Positions 24,629 to 36,781 are shown, counted from the stretch's first letter. The stretch is DNA of 64,000 nucleotides from Balanoglossus misakiensis (GCA_040954595.2 CM082584.2:1953344-2017343); one strand, 5' to 3'. Made by a program: numbers and translations. Notes: generated by a model from the letters alone, not told the origin.

Positions 24629-25953
24629 AAAAATGCAAGATTCACAGAAGATTACTTCTTTCAGTTTTACAGGAGATCATCTAAACTTGTAAAAAAAATC
24701 TCTCTATTTTTTGCATGGCACCATGGTAAAATATGAAAATTTGCAATGTTTGATCTTCTGTGTCTCGATCATGTTTGATCTAATTTTCACGAAATTTTCA
24801 GATTATATTACAATATATGTGCAGATACAGATAGTGACTTAAGTTTTTGATATCTGGATTATAATTCAAATTCCCAGGCGCTCAAATATGGTAAACCTAG
24901 CATTTTACCATTGCAAATAGGCGGCCTTAATTGGGTTGACATTTCATTAGATGGCAATATTTGTTTATACACTGCAATTTGCTGAAAATCAGTTCAATCA
25001 CTGTAGTAAGTGGAAATATTTAAATTCTGATGTATTTTTAGCAATCATAAAGCTGATATTACTACCAAATAAATGCTATACAGTTACCTCTGGACAGCAA
25101 AAATTGCCATCATTCAAGTCATAGTCTCAGATCGGCCCTTTTGCTTGCCTGTGTCGAGCGGATATCAAAAGTGGAGAAAGTTTGATAGTTTAATTTCAAC
25201 ATGTTACCTGTACTATCCTTGTAGACTATTAACATTAACAAGAATTTCATATTAAATTTTGGTATGATATGCATGGAAAGACTGGCTGCTTATAAATCAT
25301 AAAAATTGACGCCGTTGCACCATACAGTTTTTACAGCACACACACGTATTTTAAGCAAACTGTGTCGTTCATGTATTCCACTTTTCTCCCTTCCTTGCTG
25401 GCTTTCTCTGTTTCTTTTCTGACTGTGTCTTTATGAAATTACTGATTTTTTTTGGTAATTCAATTTCTGGCTCAAATAAATTTCTTAGAGCTGGTAAGGT
25501 TTCCTGAACATTAATCCCTGTATCTTTAACGCAGGTGTGCAAGTTCATATAAAGTTCATTGGTTAAAGGAATATTATGAGCTGATAAATTTACTAAGCTC
25601 TTCTTTCCAATTAGAAGCTCTGCTATATTATCAACTACTCTTAATGCTACTTCAATAATGTTGCCTGTGCAAATTGACAATCAAAATATCCATTAGTTAG
25701 ACAACATATTTGGTTGGGTAATTACAGAATAATTACTTTAATTCCATGCATACCCTTCCTAAACTCAAATTAGAATATATAACTGAAATTATAATTATAC
25801 ACAGGTCTATGAAATGCTAAGAAAATGTAAAATCTAGGAAAGAACATCCATGGGCATTCAGCTCTTAGCAGATAACATCAATCACTTTGAAGACATGTCA
25901 CTTCCCAGACTTTACTAAAAAATACTTCCAACTCTGAAGTAAAACGCATCTCC
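24629..25953. repeat. Triplicated block, copy 3, preceded by an 86-bp macrosatellite fragment (24543-24628)
   Basis: Direct sequence similarity to copies 1 and 2. Continues into non-repeated sequence after GCATCTCCAA. Confidence 0.93.
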
Positions 25954-26459
25954 AAGTTGCATACACAATATTATAATATACTGTTAGAGATTTATAATGG
26001 TTTAAGTGAAAAAAATACAGAGATGTAAATACCCCTGCCATTTATTCAGTGCCATGTAATGCTGCCATTATGCACTGATTGACTCTAGCCACTTTCCCAG
26101 TAGGAGGAAAAAGACCATATGCCGACTTCAGCATAAAAATCTCAGTTTACTCTGGCTAATTATATTGGAGTTCTTATCAGTGTTTCGGGACGCTTAGATG
26201 ATAATCGTTGTAATGGACAACACCAACATATGACGTTAACAAGCGGGAAGAAACGAAAGTTACTCAGTTTTTGGCATTTTATTTTTATTTGCAAGACCGA
26301 GAAATTAAAATATGACAAGTTTAGAAATCAATCAGATTATACAGCATGTCCCGCTTTGAATGGTGGCCATATTGGATTCTGAACTCCCTAGTAATATAAA
26401 CATATAGTGTACTTAGTGAGTCTCAGTATAGGGTAATCAACACAATCAGACAAAACTTG

Positions 26460-26920
26460 GGTTACCCATTGGAATATTCCTATCAAATTTCAAAGCAATC
26501 CCATATGCAGTTTCAGAAAAATCAGTATTTTCTCCAAAATTGTATAATATCTTACTTCAATCGCTTCAGGGAACATGCCTACCAAAGCTCAAGGCGATCT
26601 GACATGCAGTTTGAAAGAAAATAAGTTTTGATGAAAAATTCCACAACTTTCACACACAAAACGCAAATATGTAAATTTCAAGTATATTTTTAAACATCTC
26701 ATTTAATTATCCCCAAGGAACAAGCCTACCAAATTTGAAAGCATCTCACAAGCGGTTTTAGAGGAAACAATTTTTGACCAAAAATGGCAAAAATTGCTAC
26801 AAAATTATAAATATGCACATTTTTCATCAACCAGGTTTTCATCAACTGGGACCACACATACAAAAGTATGCTTCCAAGCAACACGACTCTAGGAGAAAAA
26901 ATCCTTGTCGCCCTGGTCAA
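26460..26920. repeat. Interspersed repeat with internal subrepeats; second diverged copy at ~29990-30410
   Basis: Shared AATTGTA.AATATCTTAC..CAATC...GGAACATGC.TACC.AAG.TCAA.GC.ATCT and TTTTGACCAAAAAT motifs. Confidence 0.7.
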
Positions 26921-28240
26921 AAAATTGGCTTATACTAAAACATCAAATCGGTTATCTCTCAAAGCTAAAAGGGTTATCACCAAACAGATTACAATGCCTA
27001 AGTTAAAATGTTTAAGACATTTTCTTTAGTTGTGGTTTTGGTTTTATCGGTTTTCCCAATAAAAATTAGGATAATTTTTTAAGTATGCCAACGGAGAGGT
27101 GGAAATCTCACCAGAAAAGCGAAAATACACCAACCACGTTTAAACCGTAAAATTAAAAAAAACACCTGCAAACACTGAAGTGACTCATATAAAAACCTCA
27201 AAGAACGTATGGAATTATGTATGGAAAAATACCGTGGTTTCCTGACCTTCCGCTAAACAAAGACTATACGTATGGAACTATCGTTCCGTCCACCAGCAAA
27301 GAGACTTTCCAGAGAAAAACGTTCTACCCGTACCTTATGTCGCCACAGTGACGTGCCATTTTGCCACAACCGTTCGACAGTATGGTCGACTATTTTGACA
27401 CTAAACATCCTGCAGCGCTGCCATCCTTTTCAATCTCACAAACTGGCCCTACGTGCGCTTAGGCAAGAGGCCTAGCAATAAAATTCTCACAAAATATAAC
27501 CCTATAAATATGACTAGACTTTCTCGATTATGACTTCCTGGTCTCCTGATTCGGGAGCCAGCGCAGCCATACCCAGAATAGCCGACAGGCTAGCTGCACG
27601 TCCGTAGCTCGGAATTGTTTCTGGAATTAAACCTACTTCTGTTCAACTACAAGGTGTTGTACGGATAGCTGCAAGTCACCCAATACCAGACAAAACAATC
27701 GAGTGACGGTAACATAGCTAAATAGGCTATTGTACTAAAAGCAATGATTCGATTATGAGCCTACCGAAAAGACGTCTTGATCCCGCGGCAAGTAGAAGGA
27801 AAGTGGTCGAAACCCGGCGTCGCACACCGGAAACGGATCAATGATCACCTGTTGTTATGGTGAGTAGAACGTGTTACCCAATCACAGACCAAAGTTAGCA
27901 TTACGACACACTAATGAATATGCATACATGCTACAGCTGCATATTTTATTTCTTTAGAACGCTCTGGAACATGCTCGCATTCGAAAGAATATCTCATTTG
28001 CTTTTTGAGTGTGAGTGCCTCATTGTCTACACAATAAAATCGGGGGGGGGGGGGGGCACAGTGGGTAATTTCTACCACAGCCACGCATTTCAAACCAGGC
28101 AAGCGAACTGCAAACTTCCGATGTCTGAGCAACGGGTTTGATGTGCCTTGTGTTGTGAACACTTATTCGACTTCGAGGAAACAGAGCTATAATACTTCCT
28201 AATGTGTTTCTCTTTCTGTGTCATTTTGGTCAGTCAGACC

Positions 28241-28467
28241 ACGATACCCGAGATCGTAAACTGCTTGGGTTAGGTCGCTTAGGAGGCTGCAACTGCGGCC
28301 ACAGGTCATGTCGGTGTGTGTTGTAAACAAACATGGTAAATGCCTCCCGCACAGCAACACGCTCGCTCTACCAGTCACTGTGCTCTACCGTACTGTCGAT
28401 CGTTTCCATGTCAGTTTCACGTTGGCTCGTTATAATGTCCCTATGCTTATCGTAATCTCGGGATCGT
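28241..28467. mobile_element. Small element with imperfect terminal inverted repeats
   Basis: ACGATACCCGAGATCG ... CGTAATCTCGGGATCGT. The right end abuts a LINE tail. Confidence 0.4.
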
Positions 28468-28469
28468 AA

Positions 28470-28975
28470 TTATTATTTTATTATTATTATTATGATTATT
28501 ATTTATCTTTATTTCAGACACAACCGTCCATAGAAATAGGTTACAAAAACTGACAAAAACACTAGAAAAGTAATAAATAAAATAAATGTAAAAAATATAA
28601 TAGTTTTAAGAATCAATGTAAAATGTCAATCCAGTGGGTATGTAGTCCATAAAAGCGCATATCTCATGAGACAAGACGATTGATCAAAACATTGGGACTA
28701 GTACAGAGACGAACAGAAAAATTGAAAGCGACTTTTCTTCTCATGACGGAGAAGCAGTTTACGGCGTTTAGAACAAATATTTTAGAGGCACTTTCGTGTC
28801 CGGGTGACCAAGAAGTCTTCGAAGTGCATTGTTGTGACATACGATGATATTCCGGATATTATAATCGCACCATAAATGAAAGTCATAAATGTTATTACAA
28901 AAAGCATTAAATAAACACAATTTCACATCGACAGAACACGAATTGAACTTTCTCAGGAGAAAATTAGGCCTAGCC
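28470..28975 (-). mobile_element. 5'-truncated non-LTR retrotransposon (RTE-X-like ORF2 C-terminus, 3' UTR, (AAT)n tail)
   Basis: Minus-strand translation ARPNFLLRKFNSCSVDVKLCLFNAFCNNIYDFHLWCDYNIRNIIVCHNNALRRLLGHP/HESASKIFVLNAVNCFSVMRRKVAFNFSVRLCTSPNVLINRLVS* (one frameshift). 3' end TATGGAC..GTCTGAAATAAA followed by (AAT)n. Confidence 0.85.
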
Positions 28976-31900
28976 CTTCCACATGTTATGTATTCGTGTT
29001 ATGATAGTCCCACTGATCTGACAACACGCTCGCTTTTATTGTGGCCTTTTGTCCCGTTCGCCAGCACTGTGTATAGGCCTGCGTTTTCCGTTAACAGACT
29101 ATCCCGTTCGCCAACTTTACTGAACTGCAAATTGAAGAATCGGTTTGCAGCTAGGACGAAACGGCCGGGGTCGCGTACATTAAAGGCCGAACCGATAAGA
29201 ATAAGTGCCGTAACGACTTGTTACCGACTGGGACGGCTACGAGCCAAGAGCATATTGCAGCTCAGTGTGGCAGGGCCGGTGGTGTGTCTTACGGGCGATG
29301 TCTCCACACACTGTACTGCTCTGTTTGATAAGAGTGTCCAAGCTTCGGACCACGGTCATGTTCGGACTTATGTCTTAACTTTGCTTTGTAAACACATTAC
29401 CAACGTACAACCCCTCCATGTTTGCAGAGAAATTAGATGAAGTCACATGGCGGAGTTCTCATCCTATCGGGATGCGTTTATCTCGGAATCGGCTGCTTTT
29501 CCATCGTCGAGTTTGATTTCATGTCCGATTCATAGTCGAGTTTTATGATGATCCCTGATTGATATATATTTTTTTCGGGCGCGCCGGGGGGGGGGGGGGT
29601 TCCATGGGATTGATAATTCGAGGCAGGAGAAGAAATATGTCGACAGCGCAAATTGCCATTTTCTCGCTTTGTTTCGTCGATTTTGACAACTTCCCTCTGC
29701 ATTGGTCGAGTGGTCTTAAATTTTACCCATCTAACAAAACAACTTTGTAGTCTATAAAGTGCTCCCAGCTGGAATAAACGTCGATTCAATTCGATTCATC
29801 ATGAATTTGATCAAATTTTCTAAAAAACTCACTTGCGGGCGCTGCTCTCAATGAAAGCAGGTAACGTAACACAAACTGGTCGTTTTTTCATACTTGTGCT
29901 ATATTAAAGTAGGAAGCGTGGCCAACGTTTGGACTTAATTTGTTGTTATTGACCTAATACCACACGAGCTGATATGACCTAATTTCAAAAAACTGTCCCA
30001 AAACTGCCAAACTCAAATATTCAAACATCACCATAATTGTACAATATCTTACATCAATCAGTATAAGGAACATGCTTACCGAAGTTCAAAGCAATCTAAC
30101 AAGTGGTTTCAAGGACAAAAACTTCTGACGAAAAATTGCAACAGTTAGGCCCTACCTCAAGAACATAAATATGCACATTTCAGCAAAAATTTAACACAAC
30201 TCACAATTGCTTAACCCTGAAAACATGCCTACCAATTTTCAAAGCAATCTGACAAGCGATTTCCGAGAAAACGAATTTTGACCAAAAATTGCAAAATTTG
30301 GCCCATAATTACAAATACGCAAACTTAGCAACAATTTGAAAAAAAAACAAAGATCACCTATAGGAAGCTTTATAATTATACTGAATTTTTTTTAGAGAAA
30401 TCGACCAATCACTCAAAAACAGAGAACAGAACAGCCAAAGTGAGAGAACAGAATAGCCAAAACTATCACCAGCGCTTAACTCCACATCTGAAAGCAAACA
30501 ATTTGTTAGAGCGATATTCAGGTCCTAAGAAAACTCAAACTTCAATCAGACAGAACATACTGGTAATCACAATTGCCTTCTGATTGGAATCTGTGCAGGA
30601 AAAGCAACAACAAATACTGATCCTCACCTGAAATCAAAGAGACAGACAAAAGCACTCATTTTATCAGAATATTTATTTTAAGTATGCAAAAATCCTAACA
30701 TGATATATCTGTCTACTTATTTATCATGATAGGAAAATTGTTGGAATAAAAATATCAAAGATATTCCTTCCTAATGCTGCATATACTATTTACATACTCT
30801 GGCAGTCTTGTAAATACAATGAAATGTTAGTCAAAAGCTCTTCTTAAGAACTGAGTAATTCTCAGTACAAAAAGCAATGTGTGGAAAATACCAACTTAGC
30901 ATCTTATGCAACATCAACAAAATTGAGGAATGGTGTCCCCCCCTCCCCTTCAGCACTATACATGATTCAACAGCCTCAGAGGGTCATTCTTCACACACAC
31001 ATAAAATGAATGGCTGATTACATGAAATATTTTCGAAAGTCAATAAGTGGTCATGAAAGGCTCTTGTTTTTGTTAAAATAAAAAATGTTAGGAAATTCAA
31101 GAAAAGTAAAAAGCAATGTATGTGAATATTGATATTAAAAACATGTGATTTTAATTGTTTGGCTACTATGGTCACTGGATAGAAGAGATTAGGACTCTTT
31201 AATGACTTTATTTGCATTTGAATAGTGAACTTTCCTTTTGACGTTGAACCCCCTAGCTGGACGAGAAAATGATCTAAATGTATCATGAACGTTTATTTTG
31301 TTGACACCATTCATTAATTTACCTTTTTAAGCATATATAAATGCATTATATCTCGATTGTAATTTGAGTGCATTTCGAGTCTATTAAAGTACTTTTCGTC
31401 GTACGAGGTCTCCTTCACTCCAGTCACTTCCTTATAACAGACTATATTTCTTCACATGCATCTAATAGTTTGATTCTAACATACTTGTCACGGGTGTCGC
31501 CGTTCACCACAAAACACACCAACATGGTTTAAAGGTTTCACAAGACATAGGCCTATAACATTTCTTAACTGAAATTGAACAGGGACATCATCAGTTCATA
31601 TGTGTGGCCGGTCTGGCTACACAGGTGAACTGCTAAATTACGCACATGTATGGGAGTTCACCTACAGCAGAATACACAAAAATTCATGCAAGTGAAAAAT
31701 ACAGAAGTACAATTGAAGACTTGACGCAAGTTCAGACACCAATTACTTGTGCTAAAATGAGCCAGTAGAATGCACCTATATAAAAATGCTTCAAGCTACA
31801 GGTAAAGTACAAGGAAAACTAACCTGAAATTGAACATAGACATCTTCAGTTCATACATGTGGCCGGTCTGGATACAGAGGTGAACTGACTAAGTATATGC

Positions 31901-33201
31901 ATGGTGTCCTTTTATATCAGCAATCTACACTATGGTGGCGCATTACCTTGAGTTCATTAGTCAAATGAAACATCCTGGTGGTTTGCATATAATTGAGATC
32001 ATCAAATAGACTGTAAGTTCTATCATTACTAGAAAGGTGTTCTCATGCATAAATGATTAAATGATGACTGCAAAGAATACAGGTGTTACATACATACAGA
32101 TATTACATATATATTCAAGTGAACGAATGGTTTGGTCCAAATCCATTGTTTCCTGCTGGAAAGTTGGATGTCTACACAGGGAATTGGGTGAAAGGTGAGA
32201 GTGCTAAGAAAAAAGGCTGATGGTAATTTTCCATTTTTATCTAAATTGAATACATGTGTGGGCTTAATCTTTCCCAATAATGCTGACACACAAAAAGTTC
32301 ATTGTTTTACCAAACTTTCCTTGAGAGTCGAATGAAGGCACTTGATATTAGCACAGAGACTGATTTTTTCCACACACCACTTTTCTCTTTTCATAGAGCT
32401 CCATTCAAATTTTGTACACAACAATGTAATAACATTGTCACTACCCAAGCCTAACTTTCAAATTACAATGTGACATTTCAAAACACTGTTAGACTCCCCA
32501 ATGAACCATTAACTCTGGATCAGCATCCCTTCAAATTAGTGATAGCCCTGGGGTGAGTTTCGTTAATTTTGTTATAATGGTGTTATTTAATTGTTTGGCT
32601 GTAACACAAATTACTACATGGAAGTATAAACATGTTATGTCCACACATATGCTGTAGGTTCAGCTTCAATTCAATTTTCAGCAATCAGATCATAACAAAT
32701 TATTCAAAAAAAATGAACATCAAGAGCTGGTGACTTTGTGGCTTTCACATGATAAATATAAACGTGTGAACATTGCCCCATGCTAGAGTGTGATATTAAC
32801 ACGTCTCAAACAACCTACAATTCTCTGTATATAATGAAACACATTCATTATAGCTGGATTAGTTGGTTCACAGGTAATCTGTAACCAGATAGGCTGACCT
32901 GAGCAATCCATGTTTTTGCAAGTGTTTTATTGTCACTGTCATAGTGTGACTTCTTTGGTGTAATGCTCCACTGAACACAAGAGTATTAAAATTGGACAGA
33001 TAAATGACCAATAACACAAAGTCTGTGATTGGGTAATACAAATGATAAGTACACAACTGGAAGATCTGTCACTCAAAGTTTTGTCTATTGCTCTTTTCCC
33101 TGAGGGAGAAATAGAGAGCAATTTTAGAGATACGTTCTTCAGTTTAATGATCAGGCATTAATGAAATATTAGTCTAGTATATAGCTGTATTTTGTCAGCT
33201 T

Positions 33202-33527
33202 TGCTTCCAAAAACTATGCATGCCACTGCCCCAATAAAGCACGATACCCCTTGCTGGGAATTGTGATGTAATTAATATCACTTTGAAGTCAATCACAGAC
33301 TTTTTTTTCCATTGATTGGTCAAAGGATACATGTGTTGTTAAGGATGAGTACCATTTTGACTTTAGATTAGCCTTGCCTTCACTGTATCTTTACACACAA
33401 TCACCATTGATCAGTTTATGTGCGTGACTTCGAGGGGGATGCTAGTTACATCACAGTTCCCAGCAAGGGCTATCAGGTTTTATTGGGCCAGTGGCATGCA
33501 TGACTCTAAATGTTCGTTTTGGAAGCA
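33202..33527. mobile_element. MITE with long (~65-80 bp) imperfect TIRs
   Basis: ATGCATGCCACTGCCCCAATAAA..CCCTTGCTGGGAATTGTGATGTAA is mirrored by TTACATCACAGTTCCCAGCAAGGG..TTTATTGGGCCAGTGGCATGCAT. Outer TGCTTCCAAAA / TTTTGGAAGCA. Confidence 0.8.
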
Positions 33528-34074
33528 GAAAAAATGGGTATATACTAACAGTATAGAAAACATTTTCCAATTTCCGAAAAACCTCTTTTTTACATAATTA
33601 CTGCTGAAAAAGTTAGAAATTTATGAAAATATTCCTTATTCTTTGCCAATTTCTAATGAAAAAATTACATAAAGGTATTCTTAGTCTCTTTCCTGCAGCT
33701 GTACAGCAGGAAAAATGCATTTTGTCATATTTTGGCTTTAAACTCAAATTAAAATTTATCTGTGAAAAAACTGAGTCTCCATCAAAGCCACGTACATGAC
33801 AGTCCTTTTGATTTTTTTCTAATGAAACTTTGTCTCCATGTTTATCATGAGTAATATTTCTATTGAAAATTTGCAAGTGTGTGAATTGTTTGTAAAATTT
33901 CGCCAGAAAAAAAAAATAGCATCAAAAAGTAAATCTGAAACCCAATATTTATTACAAGAATTGTTAGATTAATATCCGTATCACACAAATCCGTTGGATT
34001 TCGTATGAATTTTAGGAAATAAGCACTGCTCATTGACAAATCCATATTTTGCAGCTGAAATACTTGGAAAAGAG

Positions 34075-34392
34075 TCAGTGGCATGTGAGAGCTTGGAAAT
34101 TTCCAAGCACTGACAAGGGTCAGTGGTCGGAAATTTCCAGACACTCAGGGAATGCGAGAGCCTGGAAATTTCCAAGCACTGACAATGGTCAGTGGTCGGA
34201 AATTTCCAGACACTCAGGGAATGTGAGAGCCTGGAAATTTCCAAGCACTGACAAGGGTTAGTGGTCGGAAATTTCCAGACACTCAGGGAATGTGAGAGCT
34301 TAGAAATTTCCAAGCACTGACAAGGGTCAGTGGTCGGAAATTTCCAGACACTCAGGGAATGTGAGAGCCTTGAAATTTGCAAGCACTGACAG
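34075..34392 (+). repeat. 69-bp tandem array (left arm), two GGAAATTTCC palindromes per unit
   Basis: Unit GGGAATGTGAGAGCCTGGAAATTTCCAAGCACTGACAAGGGTCAGTGGTCGGAAATTTCCAGACACTCA, ~4.5 copies. Confidence 0.95.
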
Positions 34393-34464
34393 GGTCGTGG
34401 TAGTCCCCCGTACAGGTATGCGTTCTCCCGGCGTTTAATACATGGCTTCCACCACATCTCTGCA

Positions 34465-34855
34465 AGGCTCCATGGACAAAACTGATTCGTCTGAGATCCG
34501 GATCCGGACAGCAGCTTTTCGGCCGAGATTCGATTTTATCGGGGGGAATCTTTCCCCCGTCTACCCACAAATGACTCCAAATATGATGTAATTAACTTCC
34601 GAGCCGCTCGCTTTCTGATTTTCTCTTGTGTTTACCTGTTGAGATCGCCATATTGAATACAGTGAGGTTATCTCAATGGGTAAACACAAAAGTTTCAGAA
34701 AGCGAGCGGTTCGGATGTTAGAAGAAGTCAATCGTGGAGTCGGTTATAACCGGTTAGTAGACAGGGAAAGGATATTCTCCCGATAAAATCGAATTTCGAC
34801 GAAAAGCTCTGGTACGGATCTTGACCTCAGACGCAACAGGTTTGTCTAAGGAGCC
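34465..34855. repeat. ~390-bp imperfect palindrome in the centre of the foldback element
   Basis: GGCTCCATGGACAAA...ATTCGATTTTATCGGG...CCGCTCGCTTTCTGA is mirrored by TCAGAAAGCGAGCGG...CCCGATAAAATCGAAT...TTTGTCTAAGGAGCC. Confidence 0.85.
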
Positions 34856-35029
34856 TTAGCGTCACAATGTTCATGACAGGCTTCGCCTACCAACTCCTCT
34901 GAGTTAGCCCATACACTAGTTGTTTATTGGGAATTGGTATTGTTTATCTGACATAATTGTTCTTTCTACTCTGTATACAAAGTCACAACTTCACAACTAC
35001 CAAATGCTATTGTTCTTGAATTATGCAGT

Positions 35030-35305
35030 GTTACCAAATGTCACAGTTCAAACCACTGTTTATAAACAAGTATTGGCCATCCCGCCCCTCTCTCTTCATT
35101 CCGAACCTATTCCCAAGTGTACGCGGTACATTTGTTGGTGCCGAGACCAGGATGTCGGGCATGGAGAGAGAGAGAAGAACAGCAGAAGAGGCCACCGCAG
35201 TCAAATGACCAATCTCATCCGTAGGGTTGAAGATATAAACACAGGCGCAGTTCCTCAACAGATAGCTTTCCTAAAGGCCATAATTTGAAACATGACAGAG
35301 AAACT
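35030..35305 (+). mobile_element. BEL/Pao LTR-retrotransposon fragment: LTR end, tRNA-His-type PBS, start of gag
   Basis: ...GGTACA-TTTGT-TGGTGCCGAGACCAGGAT (PBS 35136-35153) overlaps an ATG, followed by KNSRRGHRSQMTNLIRRVEDI...FLKAII, resembling Pao Gag N-termini. Frameshifted. The LTR left limit is uncertain. Confidence 0.72.
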
Positions 35306-35308
35306 CAA

Positions 35309-35702
35309 GATTTCCAAGCACTGACCCTGTCAATGCTTGGAAATTTCAAGGCTCTCACATTCCCTGAGTGTCTGGATATTTCCGGCCACTAACCCTATCA
35401 GTGCTTGGAAATTTCTAGGCTCTCACATTCCCTGAGTGTCTGGAAATTTCCGACCACTGACCCTTGTCAGTGCTTGGAAATTTCTAAGCTCTCGCATTCC
35501 CTGAGTGTCTGGAAATTTCCGACCACTGACCCTTGTCAGTGCTTGGAAATTTCCAGGCTCTCACATTCCCTGAGTGTCTGGAAATTTCCGACCACTGACC
35601 CTTGTCAGTGCTTGGAAATTTCCAGGCTCTCACATTCCCTGAGTGTCTGGAAATTTCCGACCACTGACAAGGGTCAGAGGTCGGAAATTTCCAGACACTG
35701 AC
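35309..35702 (-). repeat. 69-bp tandem array (right arm, inverted relative to the left)
   Basis: Reverse complement of the 34075-34392 unit, ~5.5 copies. The last unit flips orientation at the CACTGAC-N4-GTCAG hairpin. Confidence 0.95.
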
Positions 35703-36000
35703 CCTTCTGGAGTGACTAGCAATTTTTGCAAATTGTACTATTAATTGAATTCATAATTTAATTATTAGTTTTTTTCAATGAAATATTCAAATCCATACAA
35801 CCCAAAGATGGCTCCTTTATTATTTCTATGGAAATTTCACAGTTTATTCTTTTCTTTCTGCACACTCGCAAACATCTTGAAATTAATCATAGAAAAATAT
35901 CGAAATATATTGTACTGTGAACAAAACACTAATTTCCTTGAAAAAAGTTTAAAAAACGGCTACTTTTCGGAAATTGGAAAATGTTTTCTATACTGTTATA

Positions 36001-36208
36001 CTGTAAAACATGAAATTTTCCCAACAGGAAATTTTCGCAATATCAAAAGTGGCGACTGTTATGTAATGATTAATTTTCGCATTCTCGAATTTCAATTCAT
36101 CATTATTTCAGAAAAACATTTTTTTTGCGACTTTTTAGTTTTCAGGTTATTTTGGCTCTTGCATGATTCATGCAAATTTATCGCTCGTGAAAATTTCCTG
36201 TTTTACAG
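36001..36208. mobile_element. Tc1/mariner-type MITE, TA TSD
   Basis: TA|CTGTAAAACATGAAATTTTC ... GAAAATTTCCTGTTTTACAG|TA. Confidence 0.85.
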
Positions 36209-36496
36209 TACATCCTAAGTATCTTTTTTTCACACCAGAAGACAATGCATAGTTGCTTTGTGTATGGCAGACTTTGTATTACGATAGACACTGACAACCA
36301 GTTACATCTGTCTCGCATACAAATATGGTCATATTGAAATAAGGTATTACGATGGAAACAAAGTAAAGCTAATGCAAGAATTAGTACAGAACAAGTCTAT
36401 TCTGTTACTACACTGGAATAACCATTCTGTGTTATTTGATCTGTTTAATTAAAGTCTACAGTCTCGTGTTCATTATAGTCAGTTTCCTGTATGAAT

Positions 36497-36781
36497 TTAT
36501 TGATTCAGAATATCAAAAAGACTCATGTCATCAGCCAGCAGACTACTACTTGATTGTTGCTGTGTTTGTTGCATGCTGGGTGCCAAGCCCATCTGAGGTA
36601 CCTGTGGTCGCGGCCGTGGCTATTGTCCTAGTAACAGCTGTTGTTGTTGTTGTGATTGCTGTTGTTGTAAGAACTGCTGTTGTTGTTGCCATGTTTGTTG
36701 TGTTGCTGCTGGTTGTTGTTGTTGTGGTGGTGGTGGTGGAATGGTTGGTTGTGTACCGCTAGCTTGTTGTTTTTGTTGTTG
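36497..36781 (-). pseudogene. MED25: Terminal coding exon of a MED25-like (Mediator subunit 25) gene with an in-frame stop
   Basis: Acceptor ttgcattcaacag. Translation QQQKQQASGTQPTIPPPPPQQQQPAATQQTWQQQ...QLLLGQ*PRPRPQVPQMGLAPSMQQTQQQSSSLLADDMSLFDILNQ*. It parallels the MED25 C-terminus as I recall it (..SW..[31 protein letters not shown]). TAG at 36620-36622. Confidence 0.7.

Larger units (their letters stand above)
27250..29900. promoter_or_regulatory. CpG-enriched region, possible promoter or GC-rich transposon interior
   Basis: Visibly higher CpG density than the flanks. ETS-like ACTTCC/CCGGAA motifs and ATG|GTGAGT at ~27858, but no linked downstream exon was found. Confidence 0.25.
33548..35996. 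mobile_element. Foldback-type non-autonomous DNA transposon (2449 bp), TA TSD
   Basis: Perfect 33-bp TIR ACAGTATAGAAAACATTTTCCAATTTCCGAAAA / TTTTCGGAAATTGGAAAATGTTTTCTATACTGT, flanked by TA, with internal inverted tandem arrays. Confidence 0.88.

Noticed and set aside
28889-29440. Longest ORF in the window (183 aa)
   Set aside because: Begins antisense within a LINE fragment and has no recognisable domain or splice context. A chance ORF in GC-richer DNA.
31568-31890. ~70-bp direct duplication at ~255-bp spacing
   Set aside because: Only two diverged copies with no terminal structure. An ordinary local duplication.
33981-35701. Cys/His-rich repeat proteins (CQCLEISRLSHSLSVWKFPTTDP)n on both strands
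   Set aside because: Translation of a 69-bp (23-codon) tandem unit inside a transposon. The mirror-image ORFs simply reflect the inverted arrays.
36620-36622. In-frame TAG (and TGA in the EGF exon at ~48164) as programmed readthrough or selenocysteine
   Set aside because: Both are simple C-to-T-type changes in exons whose neighbours carry frameshifts or lost cysteines. The TGA is not at a Cys position and no SECIS was seen.
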